Assembly (NCBI GenBank): GCA_900319955.1 | Contig: ONQM01000001.1 | Span: 1 to 47,615 of the forward strand | Reading direction: 5' to 3' | From: an uncultured Eubacteriales bacterium | Lineage (GTDB): Bacteria > Bacillota_I > Bacilli_A > RF39 > UBA660 | Length of the DNA stretch: 47,615 nt | Part shown: piece by piece, positions 45,429-47,615 of the stretch | How positions within the stretch are numbered: position 1 is the first letter of the stretch | How the letters are laid out: each line of letters starts with the position of its first letter | Made by a program: the position numbers and the translations under genes | Notes under the pieces: model-generated | Seen by the model: the letters and a program-made list of their open reading frames with translations, nothing else | Database searches by the model: none | What the model was told of the DNA's origin: nothing

Positions 45429-46201
45429 GTCCTTTCATCATCCTTTTCTTCTATATAAAAGTCATCTATTTCATTCTGCTCTTTAACTTTTTCTCTTTCT
45501 TTATAAATTGGTAATACATCAAGTTCTAGACTCGACTCTTTTATGGTTCCTTTAATAGCTTTCTTACTAAGCTTTTTATTATTATTGTCTAAGTTACCAA
45601 GTCCTATGCTACTATCAATACCATATTCTTTAAAAAAATCATCCATTAACCTTATATAAGTATAAGATAAATCACTAATGCTTCCATCTTCATTATTTCT
45701 AATTTTTAAAGAAGATCTTATATTTGATATTAATCTGTTAAAGTTCTTAGGATTTGCTGCATATTCTAATAAATAATCTCCACCATTTGCAAAAAATGCT
45801 TCTGGCTCTAATAATCTATTAAATTTATTATATAGTTTTCTTATTATTCTTATCTTGTTTTTATTACTTCTTAAAAATTTAATATCTCTTTCAAGTACTA
45901 AATTAGAGTTTTTCTTTCTTTCATCTTTTTTATAAAGTATAGAAATATCACCATCATTTACCTTAATTTTACTATCATCACTACTCATAATAAACATCTT
46001 AGGCATATCTCCTCTATGCTTTAAAAGTCCATTCATATACCCATAGTTTCTATTAATAAAGTCATTTATCTTATCATTATATTTAAAAAATATTCCATTA
46101 GAATTATTAAGTGTTGTAGTTACATTATCTATTTCTTTTAAAGATCCCTTTTTTAGTATGACACATTTATCTTTATCATATCCATAACATAAGTAAAACA
46201 T
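45413..46201 (-). CDS. Hypothetical protein
   Basis: 262-aa ORF with RBS GGAGGT; overlaps the xerC start by 16 nt. Confidence 0.7.
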   Translation of the reverse strand: MFYLCYGYDKDKCVILKKGSLKEIDNVTTTLNNSNGIFFKYNDKINDFINRNYGYMNGLLKHRGDMPKMFIMSSDDSKIKVNDGDISILYKKDERKKNSNLVLERDIKFLRSNKNKIRIIRKLYNKFNRLLEPEAFFANGGDYLLEYAANPKNFNRLISNIRSSLKIRNNEDGSISDLSYTYIRLMDDFFKEYGIDSSIGLGNLDNNNKKLSKKAIKGTIKESSLELDVLPIYKEREKVKEQNEIDDFYIEEKDDERTWKKY

Positions 46202-46277
46202 AAGAAAACTACCTCCAATAAAATTATATTATTAAAGGTAGTTTTAATCAAGCTTCTCTATTTTTCTTTTTTTAAAA

Positions 46278-46556
46278 CTATAGTTTAATTTTTTCAATTT
46301 CACTTGTCTTAAGACCAGTTATTTCAGAAATATCTTTAATACTAAACTTTTTCTTAAGCATATTCCTAGCTGTTTCTAGTTTAGATTTCATAATACCACT
46401 TTTTTCGCCTTCTTTGATGCCTTCATTTTTACTTTCTTCTACACGTTTATCCATAATAGTATTTTGCATCATTTCTTTATCTTCTGCTTCACTCATAAAA
46501 TCTTGGAAATCTGGATCCTCATTTAATGATTCAACTTCATCTTTAAATTTAGACAT
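46278..46556 (-). CDS. Putative intragenic small protein (RpnS-like antitoxin), in frame within the Rpn gene
   Basis: Internal GAAGGGAGA-taagatt-ATG at 46556, giving the 92-aa C-terminal helical domain MSKFKDEV...EKIKL. Confidence 0.55.
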   Translation of the reverse strand: MSKFKDEVESLNEDPDFQDFMSEAEDKEMMQNTIMDKRVEESKNEGIKEGEKSGIMKSKLETARNMLKKKFSIKDISEITGLKTSEIEKIKL

Positions 46557-47147
46557 AATCTTATCTCCCTTCGAATACTTATCTAGTTCTTCTAAACTAT
46601 AGTCTAGCATTAATAAGTATTTATATTTTTTTCTTTCTTCTTCATTGTAGCACGATTCCTTTAGTTTTTCCATATTAATGCTAAGTATCTCTAGATCTTC
46701 AATCCATTTTTTATTATTATCTGTTTGAAAAAAATAAGTTTCAAATAATTTATCACTACTTTTTCTATATGATAAATTAATTTGGAGTGTTAATACATCA
46801 CTTTTATAGCTTTTGCTTCTTTTTGTTTCATTGTTATAAAGTGTAAATAAGAAGCATGCATTTCTTTTCTTAACATCATTTTCATTTTCTGTATTTAATT
46901 CTACTTGATAAATCTTTTTTTCTCCTCTAAATACAGCATCAACAAACTTTCTTTTTACATGAACATTAGAACTTAATAGTTCACCATTTCTAGTTTTATC
47001 TGGATTAATTTTAACTTTCTCTCCAAATATTTCACTAAGTATTGCTTCTAATATATCATTATTTTCTTTTTTAAAGAATAAGCATTTAAAAGTATAGTCA
47101 TACTTAGCACTCCAAAACTTATAACCATTTTCTTTATTCTCTTGCAT
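46278..47147 (-). CDS. Rpn family / PD-(D/E)XK_2 nuclease (often annotated as putative transposase)
   Basis: DYTFKCLF, VDAV...QVELN, QINL, C-terminal EGIKEG...ARNMLKK...ISEITGL...I. Confidence 0.85.
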   Translation of the reverse strand: MQENKENGYKFWSAKYDYTFKCLFFKKENNDILEAILSEIFGEKVKINPDKTRNGELLSSNVHVKRKFVDAVFRGEKKIYQVELNTENENDVKKRNACFLFTLYNNETKRSKSYKSDVLTLQINLSYRKSSDKLFETYFFQTDNNKKWIEDLEILSINMEKLKESCYNEEERKKYKYLLMLDYSLEELDKYSKGDKIMSKFKDEVESLNEDPDFQDFMSEAEDKEMMQNTIMDKRVEESKNEGIKEGEKSGIMKSKLETARNMLKKKFSIKDISEITGLKTSEIEKIKL

Positions 47148-47223
47148 ATTGTATCACCTCCCATCTGTAGATTTTTTCTGCTTGAGTGATACTTTATCAC
47201 ATAGATATTTCAAGTTCAAACGA

Positions 47224-47271
47224 CCAATTTTGCAAATCTGAGTGTTTTTCCTTACAGATTTGCAAATTTGG
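47224..47271. repeat. 17-bp inverted repeat (16/17 match) upstream of the Rpn gene
   Basis: CCAATTTTGCAAATCTG-14 nt-CAGATTTGCAAATTTGG. Confidence 0.75.
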
Positions 47272-47290
47272 GGTATTTTAAAAAAAATTT

Positions 47291-47615
47291 TTACCTCAAT
47301 AGAGAGTCTAAAAAATCATTAATAACATTATAATTATCTTTATTATCTTCTAATAGTAAATTAATCTTACTAATTAATACATCACATAATTTAATATCAT
47401 TATACTTATTTTTAGATATTCTTAAATAAGTATTATAAAGATTATTGTCAGTTAGATATTCATCTAATTATTAGATGAACTATCATAGACTATACAACTT
47501 AAATTCTTATCTTTATGTTTACTTAAAACTTTACTATATGAATTACTTCCAAATCCTAATTCATTATCATCTTTAATTTTATAATCAAATAAATTCCAAA
47601 GAATTATAGCATCAT
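47291..47615 (-). pseudogene. Frameshifted gene, 5' end outside the window; resembles MutS domain I
   Basis: DAIILWNLFDYKIKDDNELGFGSNSYSKVL...SCIVYD, stop near 47466; the -1 frame continues LDEYLTDNNLYNTY...FLDSLLR* to 47291. Confidence 0.45.

Overview
AT-rich bacterial chromosome segment, standard genetic code 11, with most genes on the minus strand. Gene content suggests a reduced Bacilli lineage such as RF39/UBA660 (inference): miaB-ricA-cotE, addAB, serS, spoVS, trmL, U32, fucO, ligA, pcrA, gmk, trxAB, scpAB, alpha2-type GlyRS, valS, tmcAL, comN, xerC. Orphan genes are interleaved with this backbone and six of them are disrupted. Most notable: (i) three T-box leaders; Ser and Val place a passenger gene ahead of the synthetase and share an identical 29-nt apex, while Ser and Gly lack a canonical terminator and show anti-SD-like pairings; (ii) a 620-aa fusion of an RNase R-like winged HTH, a SipW-type signal anchor, a TasA-like region and an FGE/C-lectin-like domain; (iii) an Rpn/PD-(D/E)XK gene with an internal RBS and ATG for a putative intragenic antitoxin; (iv) DUF6273/C-lectin-like surface proteins and a frameshifted MutS-I-like remnant reminiscent of DGR loci, with no reverse transcriptase in the window. 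No rRNA, tRNA, CRISPR array or prophage was recognised. All family calls come from motif recognition by eye, not database searches.
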